DNA of 34,730 bases, taken from the NCBI GenBank assembly GCA_046542505.1, contig JBKHBH010000013.1, positions 1 to 34,730 of the forward strand. The letters run 5' to 3'. The position numbers and the translations under genes were made by a program. Position 1 is the first letter of the stretch; each line of letters starts with the position of its first letter. The notes under the pieces are model-generated. The model worked only from the letters and a program-made list of their open reading frames with translations. It was not told where the DNA came from and did not search any database. Positions 24,961 to 33,820 of the stretch are shown here, piece after piece. The stretch comes from Thermovirgaceae bacterium. Lineage in GTDB: Bacteria > Synergistota > Synergistia > Synergistales > Thermovirgaceae.

Positions 24961-25036
24961 GCCGGCGTAGCTCACTCGGTAGAGCAGCGCACTCGTAATG
25001 CGCAGGTAGGCGGTTCGAGTCCGCCCGCCGGCTCCA
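24961..25036 (+). tRNA. tRNA-Thr(CGT)
   Basis: Anticodon arm gcgca-ct-CGT-aa-tgcgc, ggttcgagtcc T-arm and CCA end. Confidence 0.97.
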
Positions 25037-25043
25037 CGCCTAC

Positions 25044-25068
25044 AGGCCACCTTCGGGTGGCTTTTTTT
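25044..25068 (+). terminator. Rho-independent terminator of the tRNA cluster
   Basis: ggccacc-ttcg-ggtggct followed by a T run. Confidence 0.9.
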
Positions 25069-25089
25069 CTGGGTTTTGAAGGAGGAAAC

Positions 25090-25749
25090 ATGTCAGAGAA
25101 ACGCCATGTGCTTTTTGTGCGTCACGGCCAGACCGATTGGAATCTGCAATATCGATACCAGGGGAAGGCGGACATCCCTCTCAACGAAAGGGGCCGCAAG
25201 GAAGCGACCCTTTTGGGGGAACGACTGAAATCCTGGACTCCCTGCAGCGTCTATTCGAGCCCTCTTGCTCGGGCGGCTGAAACGGCGCGGATCCTTGCTG
25301 CTTCCATTTACCCTCGACCGCCCGTTGATTTTGTCGATGACCTTGCGGAAATCGATTTCGGCGACTGGGAATCTCATTCGGTTTACGATGTGGCACGAAA
25401 AGACCCGAAACTGTATGCAGCCTGGCGCGCCGACCCTTCACTGGTGACGTCGCCCGGCGGGGAAGCCTTCGAAAACGTCCTTGCCAGGGTGAAGCGTGCG
25501 CTGGAGCATATTTTCGAAGAATCCAGCGGGGACCTCCTGATTGTTTTCCATGGCGGAACGATCCGGGCCGCCCTCAGCATTCTTTTTGGTTTGCCTCCTT
25601 CCATGGTCTGGAAGATGCGTTTGGGCAACTGCAGCATGACCGGACTTGAAATGCGGGACGGGACGTGTTTTCTCGCCTTTTTCAACGACGGATCCCACCT
25701 TCGGGTGCCTGAAAACCTTGCCGGTATCATTCCCCTGGGCGAGTGGTAA
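25090..25749 (+). CDS. Histidine phosphatase family protein (CobC/GpmB-like)
   Basis: VRHGQTDWN, SSPLARA, EIDFGDWE and FHGGTIR; ATG 25090 with RBS ggagg. Confidence 0.92.
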   Translation: MSEKRHVLFVRHGQTDWNLQYRYQGKADIPLNERGRKEATLLGERLKSWTPCSVYSSPLARAAETARILAASIYPRPPVDFVDDLAEIDFGDWESHSVYDVARKDPKLYAAWRADPSLVTSPGGEAFENVLARVKRALEHIFEESSGDLLIVFHGGTIRAALSILFGLPPSMVWKMRLGNCSMTGLEMRDGTCFLAFFNDGSHLRVPENLAGIIPLGEW

Positions 25750-25798
25750 ATGACCTTTGTCCATGGTATAAAGGGATGAGATCATGGGAGGGCAGGCC

Positions 25799-26389
25799 AT
25801 GGATGACAACAGGCGACCCGTTTCAGGGGGGCGGAGCATTCCAGAGGAAGAGGAAAGGTCCCTTTGGCGAGAAGCTGCGGGCGGTGATGAAGACGCCAGG
25901 GATCGACTCATTCTTTTGCACCGGCCGCTGGTTTTCTGGATCGCCGGGAAATTCCAGGTTTCCCCCCAGCAGTACCAGGATCTCGTGCAGGAAGGCATGA
26001 TTGCTCTTATTAAAGCCGTCGACAGGTTTGACCCCGACAGAAAAACGCGCTTTGCCACCTACGGGTATTATCGTATCAAGGGGCAGATGACGAATTACCT
26101 GCAACGGGTCGAGGCGAAAGCTCCGCTACCTGTGGATGAAGAGGCTTTCCAGCTTTCCAGTGGGGATGAAACTGACAGGATCGACTGGCTCATCAGCATC
26201 ATGGAGCAATTGAAAGACCTTCCGGAGAAAGAATCCGAAGTTATCGAGGCGCTGGTTTTCGAGGGCAAGAAAGCTCGTGAGTATGCAATCGAACGTGGTG
26301 TTGACGTAAGTCACATTTACAGACTTCAACGAAAAGCCCTGGCAAGAATACGAAACCTGCTTGGTCTCGAAGCGACAGAACACCCCTGA
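25799..26389 (+). CDS. Short sigma-70 family sigma factor (regions 2 and 4)
   Basis: DLVQEGMIALIKAVDRFDPDRKTRFATYG (region 2) and AREYAIERGVDVSHIYRLQRKAL (region 4 HTH); ATG 25799 with RBS ggagg. Confidence 0.9.
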   Translation: MDDNRRPVSGGRSIPEEEERSLWREAAGGDEDARDRLILLHRPLVFWIAGKFQVSPQQYQDLVQEGMIALIKAVDRFDPDRKTRFATYGYYRIKGQMTNYLQRVEAKAPLPVDEEAFQLSSGDETDRIDWLISIMEQLKDLPEKESEVIEALVFEGKKAREYAIERGVDVSHIYRLQRKALARIRNLLGLEATEHP

Positions 26390-26459
26390 ACTGTGATAAT
26401 GTTCATGCCTACTGATTTTATAGATCAGGCATACCCGGTTTGGGGAGGATTCCTGTATC

Positions 26460-27080
26460 ATGGAAAAACGGTTCAGGCGGGTTCAAAGATGGCTCGAACG
26501 GTGCATTGAAGCGTGCAAAAAAGAAAAATGGTCCAATGCCGTTGCGGACGTGGAATGCGCCAGAGCGGAACTTGATGCGGCACGGGACGAGCTTTGGACG
26601 GCTGTCGCCGAAGGCGGAAGAACCGAAAGGGCTGGGAAATTGAAAAGGGCCTTCCCGCTCTCCCTTCGTTCGGTCTTTCTCGCCGTAACGGTCATTATGG
26701 CTGCAGCAATTCCACTGTCTACCGGCACGGTTTTTGTGCCACTGGAACAGCCGGAAAACAAGGTATCCCTGGAATGGGTAACCCCCGACGAGAAAAGTCT
26801 TCTCACGGCGCTGAGGAAAAATTTGAGCGACATGAACAGCGCCAGAAATGAAGTCAGGGATTCATCGCCCCCGCTTGTAGATGGTGGAACTGATCGACAG
26901 GTTGCCAGGACAACCACTGCTTCCGGGGCGATCAATCAGGGTGAAAAAAAACCAGAAAAACAAGAAAGACAGCCTTCCGAAAAGGCAGAGGTGACCTTCG
27001 ACGAGATCTTGTCGCTTTACGAAATCGGTCACCGGGCGTTACGGACGGATTCCGTCTTAATTGAGGAGACAAACAGGTGA
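26460..27080 (+). CDS. Hypothetical single-pass membrane protein
   Basis: RBS ggagg; helical N-terminus; hydrophobic segment SVFLAVTVIMAAAIPLSTGTVFV; polar C-terminus. Confidence 0.75.
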   Translation: MEKRFRRVQRWLERCIEACKKEKWSNAVADVECARAELDAARDELWTAVAEGGRTERAGKLKRAFPLSLRSVFLAVTVIMAAAIPLSTGTVFVPLEQPENKVSLEWVTPDEKSLLTALRKNLSDMNSARNEVRDSSPPLVDGGTDRQVARTTTASGAINQGEKKPEKQERQPSEKAEVTFDEILSLYEIGHRALRTDSVLIEETNR

Positions 27081-27129
27081 CAAGCCGGTTCCCTGACTGC
27101 GGAGCCGCAACGAAAGGAGTGCTGAGCAC

Positions 27130-28875
27130 GTGAAACGTTCCGGACTCTTCGCAGGCTTTTTGGTTATTATTGCAGCGGTTTTCGCGACGACTTCCGCCAC
27201 TGCCCAAAATCCGCTTGTTTCGGGAATCGGAGTGACGGGAAACACGGAAGTGGTGGACGAGCATGTTTTGGGCGTCGTGGAAACCGAGGTGGGGGAACCC
27301 CTCGACAGGGACCAGATTCAAGAGGATGTCGACGCCATTTACGGCCTGGGCTTTTTCTCCCTGGTCGATGTCTCCATTGAGTCCCAGGCCGGTGGAGCTT
27401 ATGTCGAGTTCGAAGTGGTTGAAAACCCTATCGTGCAAAAGGTGGAGTTTACGGGTAACACCGTCTTCACCGACGAAGAACTCATGGAAGTCCTCTTTAC
27501 ACGGCCTGGGAATGTGTTCAACAGGACCTTTTTCCGTCATGACCTACAGCGGGTTGTTGAAAAGTATGAAAAAGCAGGATATTCCATGGTTCGCATCCAG
27601 GATGTCCAAGTGGACGGAGAAACAGTGAACGTACAAATCATGGAACCCATCGTGGGGGACATCATAATCCAGGGCAATAACAAAACCAAGACGCACGTCA
27701 TTGAACGTGAGATACTGCTGGAAAAAGGTGACCTCTTCAGCACCAAGCGCTTGCGATATTCAATGGATAATCTGAACGCCCTGGGCTTTTTCGAGGACGT
27801 CAACCTCGGATTTGAACCGAGCGAAGAGGATCCCCAGATAGTCAACCTGGTTTTTACGGTAACTGAAAAGAAGACGACCCGGCTGGGACTCTCTGTTGGA
27901 CATGGATCAAGCAGTGGATGGTCGGGGGGTGTCACCTACACCGAGACCAATTACAAAGGACTGGGACACGTCGCAGAAGTCGGAGTCATAATGGGGAACA
28001 GGGAGGAATACTGGATCACCTACAGGGAACCTTATATGGACGAAAAGCACTATGCGTGGAGAGCAGGCATATATAAACGTGAGTGGGATAACCTTGATGA
28101 GTATGAGGAAGGAAAAGAAAAATACTCTTATGATCAGGAAAAAACGGGTTTTTACGCAGGGTTGGGCAAGAAGTTCAGCAACGACGACAGACTTAGCTGG
28201 TTTGTCCTTGCCGACTTGCATGAGGTGGAAATCAGCAATGTAAGAGACCCAGCCGGAAAGCCGACCGTTTTTGATGACGAGAGGGATGTCGCAGGTAAAA
28301 ACTACTCTGTAGAAGGTTCTTTGGTCTTCAACAACAAGACGAAATATGTTCCATATTCGGAAGGGGAAGTCTATTCCCTTCATGTGGAACAGGGGCTTTT
28401 TAGGCCCAATGTAGGTGATGACATGAACTACACCAAATACTGGGTGGAGGCCCGCTACTATCTGCCTCTCAGGGATTTTCTTGAAGGATTTATTGATCTC
28501 GATATGGGATCGGAAGACAACCCGGTAACCTTCGCTGCGCGACTCCGTTACGGCTTGTCTTCAGGCAATCTTCCCTGGAGTGAGCAATATTTCCTCGGTG
28601 GGTCCCGTGATCTTCGCGGCTATAGGGATGACGAGTTTGAAGGCGATGAAATGGCTCTCGGCAATTTCGAGCTCCGTTTACCCGTCCATGAGTCGGTGAC
28701 GGTGGTTGCATTCTACGATATTGGCCTCGCATCAGACGAATTTAGTTTTTCAGACATGAAGGATGCTGTCGGTTTTGGTATCCGCGTCAGGACTCCCATG
28801 GGAAATGTCAGGGTTGATATTGCAGAAGGCGAGTATGAGACGGAAACGCATTTCGGTTTTGGCGAGATGTTCTAA
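27130..28875 (+). CDS. bamA: Omp85/BamA outer membrane protein assembly factor with three POTRA domains
   Basis: Signal peptide; three xxGN...G[FY]-type POTRA repeats; LGGSRDLRGY motif; C-terminal THFGFGEMF. Confidence 0.9.
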   Translation: MKRSGLFAGFLVIIAAVFATTSATAQNPLVSGIGVTGNTEVVDEHVLGVVETEVGEPLDRDQIQEDVDAIYGLGFFSLVDVSIESQAGGAYVEFEVVENPIVQKVEFTGNTVFTDEELMEVLFTRPGNVFNRTFFRHDLQRVVEKYEKAGYSMVRIQDVQVDGETVNVQIMEPIVGDIIIQGNNKTKTHVIEREILLEKGDLFSTKRLRYSMDNLNALGFFEDVNLGFEPSEEDPQIVNLVFTVTEKKTTRLGLSVGHGSSSGWSGGVTYTETNYKGLGHVAEVGVIMGNREEYWITYREPYMDEKHYAWRAGIYKREWDNLDEYEEGKEKYSYDQEKTGFYAGLGKKFSNDDRLSWFVLADLHEVEISNVRDPAGKPTVFDDERDVAGKNYSVEGSLVFNNKTKYVPYSEGEVYSLHVEQGLFRPNVGDDMNYTKYWVEARYYLPLRDFLEGFIDLDMGSEDNPVTFAARLRYGLSSGNLPWSEQYFLGGSRDLRGYRDDEFEGDEMALGNFELRLPVHESVTVVAFYDIGLASDEFSFSDMKDAVGFGIRVRTPMGNVRVDIAEGEYETETHFGFGEMF

Positions 28876-28884
28876 CCAGGGGTG

Positions 28885-30156
28885 ATGAAAACGGGGATCA
28901 TGGGGAGAACTTGGAGTCCCGCCCGGGAGATTCTTTTGGCCACGGTCGTACTCTGGGCCGTGGCCTTTTTTCTCACAGTTCCGACGGAGGCTTCGGTATC
29001 TGCGGAGGGCATACCCCAATGGCTGAGGATGCCCGTAGAGCGCTCATTGTCTGCCGTCTGGAACGAAGTCTCCGAAAGGCCATCAGGGAACAGGGAGCGC
29101 ATTGTGGAACTGGTGGCGAAACGGCTTTTCCCGGGACTCGAGATACAGAGAGTCCGGGAGGCGGGAGAAGACCTCGAAGTGGCTTTCACTTTGCCTTCTT
29201 CGAAAGGTGAAGATTGGACGGTCGAGGTCGGCATGCCGGATCTGCCGCCTTTTTTGGAAAAAACCTTTCTGGAAGATTCTTCAGCAATCGGCCCTGTCGC
29301 AGCGGAAATGCTCGATTCCCTTCCCATGGATGTCCTCCGGTGGGCCGGCGAAGATTTTCAAAGCCGCCTGGGTGAAAAAATAACGGAGCGACTTCCCGGG
29401 TGGAAGCCTTCCTTCGTTTATTCGCAACGTGACGGAGCCGGTGTCCTGGAAATCTCCTTTACCCCCGATGAACCGGTTGTTGTGGCTTTTTCGCCCCGAC
29501 TTTCAAGCCGGTCGCTTCCCCTGGTTCTCCAGACGAAGCTTCAGGAAGAGACTCTCGATGTGACATCCGGCATCGTCGGGCTTCCTGCGGTTTGGGTCGA
29601 AAGACACAAGGAACGTATCCAGACCTACGTTGCGACTTCTTTGGAGGAAAAATGGGCCGCGCGTGAACTTGAGGGAAAGGTGGAAGTGAATATCAGGGCG
29701 GACCGGATCGCTCCTGTGGATGTGGAGGTCGAGAGCACTCGGTATATCCTGCAGGCGTGGCTCGGAGTCTACATCGGCTCCGATGAGCGATATCCGGAAG
29801 TGGGAGTACACGCAGGACGGCGCATGACTCCCTTTTCCGGATGGGAGATTGAAGGTTACGGGGAATTCGTGATCGGGCTCAATGACGGGGATATCGATCC
29901 ACGGTTCGGCCTGAGATGGAGGTGGACTCCTGATGTCTGGATCGGGATCGAAAGGTCTTTTGAAGATGACGAGTACTGGGGACGGATCTGGTTCGACGAA
30001 ATATTGCCGAAACTGTATGCCTGGGGACGTTTCAGGGAAGACGGCGAAACCGAAGCCGGAATCGGCTGGAGGACAGGAGAGCATTTGTCCTGGGAACTGT
30101 ATTACGATAGCCGCGACGACCAGGATGTTGGTCTCAGGATCATGGGAAACCTGTAG
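28885..30156 (+). CDS. Uncharacterised exported protein with an aromatic beta-strand-rich C-terminus (putative outer membrane protein)
   Basis: Signal-peptide-like segment ILLATVVLWAVAFFLTVPTEA; C-terminal region of alternating strands (EVGVHAGR, RFGLRWRW, EAGIGWR, SWELYYD, VGLRIMGNL). Confidence 0.75.
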   Translation: MKTGIMGRTWSPAREILLATVVLWAVAFFLTVPTEASVSAEGIPQWLRMPVERSLSAVWNEVSERPSGNRERIVELVAKRLFPGLEIQRVREAGEDLEVAFTLPSSKGEDWTVEVGMPDLPPFLEKTFLEDSSAIGPVAAEMLDSLPMDVLRWAGEDFQSRLGEKITERLPGWKPSFVYSQRDGAGVLEISFTPDEPVVVAFSPRLSSRSLPLVLQTKLQEETLDVTSGIVGLPAVWVERHKERIQTYVATSLEEKWAARELEGKVEVNIRADRIAPVDVEVESTRYILQAWLGVYIGSDERYPEVGVHAGRRMTPFSGWEIEGYGEFVIGLNDGDIDPRFGLRWRWTPDVWIGIERSFEDDEYWGRIWFDEILPKLYAWGRFREDGETEAGIGWRTGEHLSWELYYDSRDDQDVGLRIMGNL

Positions 30157-30177
30157 ATCGACTGATGAGGGTAAAAA

Positions 30178-31230
30178 ATGATCAAGGAAAAGAAGACCAC
30201 TTTGGGAAAGCTTGCAAGACTAATCGGGCCTGCGGCGGTTCTGGGGAACCCGGACAGACCGATACTGGGAGTTCAGCTCCCGGACGGGAAATCGCCTGAC
30301 AAGGTCACGGCACTTTGGCAAAAAAAGATGTTGCAATATCTGGACGAAAACGTCCCTGTCATCGTACCGACAGGATGGCTCGAAAACGCCATGGACAGAA
30401 TCGAAACGGAAGACCCTCAGCTTGCCTTTGCGAAAGTCCTCGGGTTTTTCGCTGATGAAGAAAGGCCGGAGCCCGGGATTCACCCGACCGCCTGGGTGTC
30501 CGAAAGCGCCCAGGTGGATTCGACGGCGTACATCGGGCCTCGTTGCGTCGTATGCGAAAATTGCAGGATCGGGCCAAAAGTCGTATTGGAATCCGGCGTT
30601 TTTCTTGGACGTGGCGTGCAGATCGGCCAAAAAACTTTCGTGGAGCCGAAAGCCGTGCTGTATCATGGCAGCCAGATCGGCGAAAATTGCCTGATTCATG
30701 CAGGTGTTGTCATCGGTTGCGACGGTTTCGGGTTTTTGCCCGGCAGGGGTGAAGAGCCCGTCAAGATTCCCCAACTGGGGACGGTCAGAATCGGGGACCG
30801 AGTGGAAATCGGCGCGGGTACCACAATAGACAGGGCCACCATAGGAGAAACCCTGGTTGGTGACGGGACGGTAATCGACGATCAGGTTCACATCGGGCAC
30901 AATGCCAGGATCGGAAGAGGCTGTATCCTTGTCGCCATGACGGGAATTGCAGGCAGTGCGGTTCTCGAGGACAATGTCATCATGGCGGCCCGGAGCGGTG
31001 TGGCCGATCATGTGAGGGTAGGCAAAGAGGCTACCGTGGCCGCCAATGCTGGTGCGACCAGGGATGTGCCTGAAAGGGCTGTCGTTTCAGGGTTTCCGGC
31101 CAGGGATCATCCCTCGGAGATGAAAAAGCAGGCGGTCCTGCGAAAATTGCCTGATCTTGCGGCGAAAGTCAAAGATCTTGAAAAAAGGATCAGGAAGCTC
31201 GAGGAGAAAACAGGCGGCGACAAGCCATGA
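30178..31230 (+). CDS. lpxD: UDP-3-O-acyl-glucosamine N-acyltransferase
   Basis: Hexapeptide repeats, GCDGFGF, KIPQLG, TTIDR and QVHIGHN. Confidence 0.95.
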   Translation: MIKEKKTTLGKLARLIGPAAVLGNPDRPILGVQLPDGKSPDKVTALWQKKMLQYLDENVPVIVPTGWLENAMDRIETEDPQLAFAKVLGFFADEERPEPGIHPTAWVSESAQVDSTAYIGPRCVVCENCRIGPKVVLESGVFLGRGVQIGQKTFVEPKAVLYHGSQIGENCLIHAGVVIGCDGFGFLPGRGEEPVKIPQLGTVRIGDRVEIGAGTTIDRATIGETLVGDGTVIDDQVHIGHNARIGRGCILVAMTGIAGSAVLEDNVIMAARSGVADHVRVGKEATVAANAGATRDVPERAVVSGFPARDHPSEMKKQAVLRKLPDLAAKVKDLEKRIRKLEEKTGGDKP

Positions 31231-32054
31231 CGAGAGCCCGCACCATTACAGAGAGTCTCTTCTGGAAAGGGAAAGGGCTCCACAGCGGAGAGGAATGTTC
31301 GGTGGGGATTTACCCCTCGGGGTGTCCAGGCATCAGGTTTTTGCACAAAGGTGGAGAAGTACCTCTAAAACGGCTTCAGGCCGATGGTTCCGGCAGGGGG
31401 ACTACCGTGACGTTTCCTGACGGCCGCAGGGTGATGACGGTGGAGCACCTGCTGGGAGTTCTCTCCGGGCTTGGGATCTGGAATGTTTCCATCAGCCTTG
31501 ATGGCCCGGAAGTTCCTGCTCTTGATGGATCCGGGGGCATCATGGCCGCCGCCCTCGAAAAAGTCGTCACCGATGTCGAGCAGGAAGATCCCGAACCGTT
31601 CGTGATCACCGTCCCGGTCGTCGTGGAAGACCCTGATCGAGGTGCCTTCGTCGCGTGTTTCCCCTCCGGGGACACACGGGTGACAGCGGTGATACATTAT
31701 GACGGGACAAGACCTTCGGTACAGGTGGCCGAATATCATCACGACTTTTCGGAATTTGCCCGAAAAATCGCCCCGGCGCGGACCTTTCTCCTCGAAAGCG
31801 AGATAGAGGGGGTGCTTTCGCGAGGCCTCGGCCGCGGCGGCTCATGGGAGAACACGCTGGTTCTTGGCCGGGACGGACCTTTGCAGACACCACGATTTCC
31901 CGACGAGGCTCCCCGTCACAAGATTCTCGACCTGTTCGGTGACCTGGCCCTTTTGGGGCGTCCCGTGACGGGACATCTTGTGTCCTTCAAGGGGGGACAT
32001 ACCTTGAATCTCAGGCTCATGGAGCGACTCAGGCGTCTTGCCGGGTCAAGCTGA
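31227..32054 (+). CDS. lpxC: UDP-3-O-acyl-N-acetylglucosamine deacetylase
   Basis: [36 protein letters not shown] and GGH. Confidence 0.95.
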   Translation: MTRARTITESLFWKGKGLHSGEECSVGIYPSGCPGIRFLHKGGEVPLKRLQADGSGRGTTVTFPDGRRVMTVEHLLGVLSGLGIWNVSISLDGPEVPALDGSGGIMAAALEKVVTDVEQEDPEPFVITVPVVVEDPDRGAFVACFPSGDTRVTAVIHYDGTRPSVQVAEYHHDFSEFARKIAPARTFLLESEIEGVLSRGLGRGGSWENTLVLGRDGPLQTPRFPDEAPRHKILDLFGDLALLGRPVTGHLVSFKGGHTLNLRLMERLRRLAGSS

Positions 32055-32085
32055 GTCAATAAACGATCCGAAAGGAGATATCGCG

Positions 32086-32532
32086 ATGTTCGATATTCAC
32101 AAAATCCTGGAATGTCTGCCCCATCGGTATCCCTTTTTGCTGGTGGACCGGATTCTTGAAATTTCGGATGATCACGTGGTCGGCCTGAAAAACGTCACGA
32201 TAAACGAACCCTTTTTCCAGGGCCATTTCCCGAAAGAGCCCGTCATGCCGGGGGTTCTCGTTCTGGAGGCCATGTGCCAGGTGGCGGCCATGATGATTGT
32301 AGGCAAACCGGAAGCCGCAAATATGGCGATGTACCTGACGGGAGTTGAAAGGGCCAGGATCAGGAAGCCAGTCGTTCCGGGAGACCAGTTGATAACAACG
32401 GCCCGCATCCTCAAGATCCGCGGGAAGATCGGCAAGGCCCAGGCTGAAGCCAGGGTCGGTGAAGAACTCGTCGCCGATGCGACCTTCGGTTTCGTCGTCA
32501 CTGAGAGGCTTACCGGAGAAAAAAGCAAATGA
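32086..32532 (+). CDS. fabZ: 3-hydroxyacyl-ACP dehydratase
   Basis: LPHRYPFLLVDR and FFQGHFP...MPGVLVLEAM; ATG 32086 with RBS aaggag. Confidence 0.96.
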   Translation: MFDIHKILECLPHRYPFLLVDRILEISDDHVVGLKNVTINEPFFQGHFPKEPVMPGVLVLEAMCQVAAMMIVGKPEAANMAMYLTGVERARIRKPVVPGDQLITTARILKIRGKIGKAQAEARVGEELVADATFGFVVTERLTGEKSK

Positions 32533-33335
32533 CCCCGAGGATACATCCTACGGCCGTGGTGTCCAGAAAGGCCCAGGTTAAAGACGATGTCATCATTGGC
32601 CCTTATTGCATCATCGACGATGATGTCGTCCTCGGCGAAGGTTCAAAGCTGGAGGCTTTCGTCCGGGTCCGCGATCATGTGCGGATAGGGAAAGAATGCC
32701 ACATTTTCGAGAATGTCGTCCTGGGAGGGTTCCCACAGGACTTCGACTTCAGAGGAGAGCGATCCTGGCTCTTTATCGAGGACGGAGTCATTCTCCGCGA
32801 AAACGTGACGGTCCACCGGGCGAGCGGTGAGGAGAACCAAACGGTCATAGGAGAAAAGACGTACCTGATGGAGGGAAGCCACGTCGGTCACAACGTTTCG
32901 GTGGGCAAAAATTGCGTCATCGCGAACAAGGTCGGCCTTTCCGGCTACAGTAGCGTGGGTGAAGGCACCGTCATGGGCGGCATGGCCGGTGTCCACCAGT
33001 TCGTTCGAGTAGGCCGCTATTGCATGATCGGCGGATTGTCTAAAGTTGTCCGGGACGTGCCGCCTTTTACCCTTGTCGACGGGCACCCGGCAAAGATCAG
33101 AAACATCAACGTCGTGGGACTTAGGCGCAGGGGCTTTTCACAGGAGGAACGGAGCCTGATCAAAAGGATCTACCGGTTTCTTTTCGGAAAGGACATGCCT
33201 CTCGGGGAAGCCATTAAAGGACTCGATACCGTTTTCGGAGACGGTGACCTTGTTCGTGAGATCCGGGAATTCGCGGAGTCGGGGAAACGCGGGATCACTC
33301 CGTGGCATATCCCCGAAAAGAGGGGAAACAAATGA
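32529..33335 (+). CDS. lpxA: Acyl-ACP--UDP-N-acetylglucosamine O-acyltransferase
   Basis: IHPTAVV, PQD, RENVTVHR, HVGHN, VHQF, DVPPF and NVVGLRRRGF. Confidence 0.96.
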   Translation: MTPRIHPTAVVSRKAQVKDDVIIGPYCIIDDDVVLGEGSKLEAFVRVRDHVRIGKECHIFENVVLGGFPQDFDFRGERSWLFIEDGVILRENVTVHRASGEENQTVIGEKTYLMEGSHVGHNVSVGKNCVIANKVGLSGYSSVGEGTVMGGMAGVHQFVRVGRYCMIGGLSKVVRDVPPFTLVDGHPAKIRNINVVGLRRRGFSQEERSLIKRIYRFLFGKDMPLGEAIKGLDTVFGDGDLVREIREFAESGKRGITPWHIPEKRGNK

Positions 33336-33820
33336 TACGGCTTTTCGCCATGGATGTTGACGGCACACTGACCGATGGAGGCATTTACCTTGACGGCCAG
33401 GGTGCCGAATGGAAACGTTTTGACGTCAGGGATGGTCTCGGCATCGCGAAACTACAGGCCGCGGGCGTTGCTGTCTACATCATCAGCGGCAGATATTCCA
33501 CCGTAACAAAGAAACGAGCAGAGGAACTGGGAGTCAAGTCGGTTCACCAGGATGTCAAAAACAAGCTTGGTCTTCTCCAGAATCTCGCCGAAAAGGCAGG
33601 ATTTTCTTGCATGGAAGTTGCATATATAGGCGACGATGATAATGATGCGGAATGTCTGGCGTGGGCCGGGATGGGATTTGCTCCAAGGGACGCCCGGCCT
33701 GCAGCGCGGCAGGCGGCCGATGTCGTCACCGAGGCGTCAGGAGGACATGGAGCGGTCAGAGAAGCCATAGAAAGAATACTCAAAGATCTCCGGGAAACCT
33801 CCTGGGAGAACAAGGCATGA
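33332..33820 (+). CDS. kdsC: KDO 8-phosphate phosphatase (KdsC/YrbI HAD family)
   Basis: MDVDGTLTDG, FDVRDGLG, ISGR, YIGDDDND and GGHGAVRE. Confidence 0.9.
   Translation: MIRLFAMDVDGTLTDGGIYLDGQGAEWKRFDVRDGLGIAKLQAAGVAVYIISGRYSTVTKKRAEELGVKSVHQDVKNKLGLLQNLAEKAGFSCMEVAYIGDDDNDAECLAWAGMGFAPRDARPAARQAADVVTEASGGHGAVREAIERILKDLRETSWENKA

Noticed and set aside
24718..25089. N-terminal extension of the phosphatase ORF in the track
   Set aside because: It reads through a promoter, three tRNAs and a terminator. The real start is ATG 25090 with a strong RBS.
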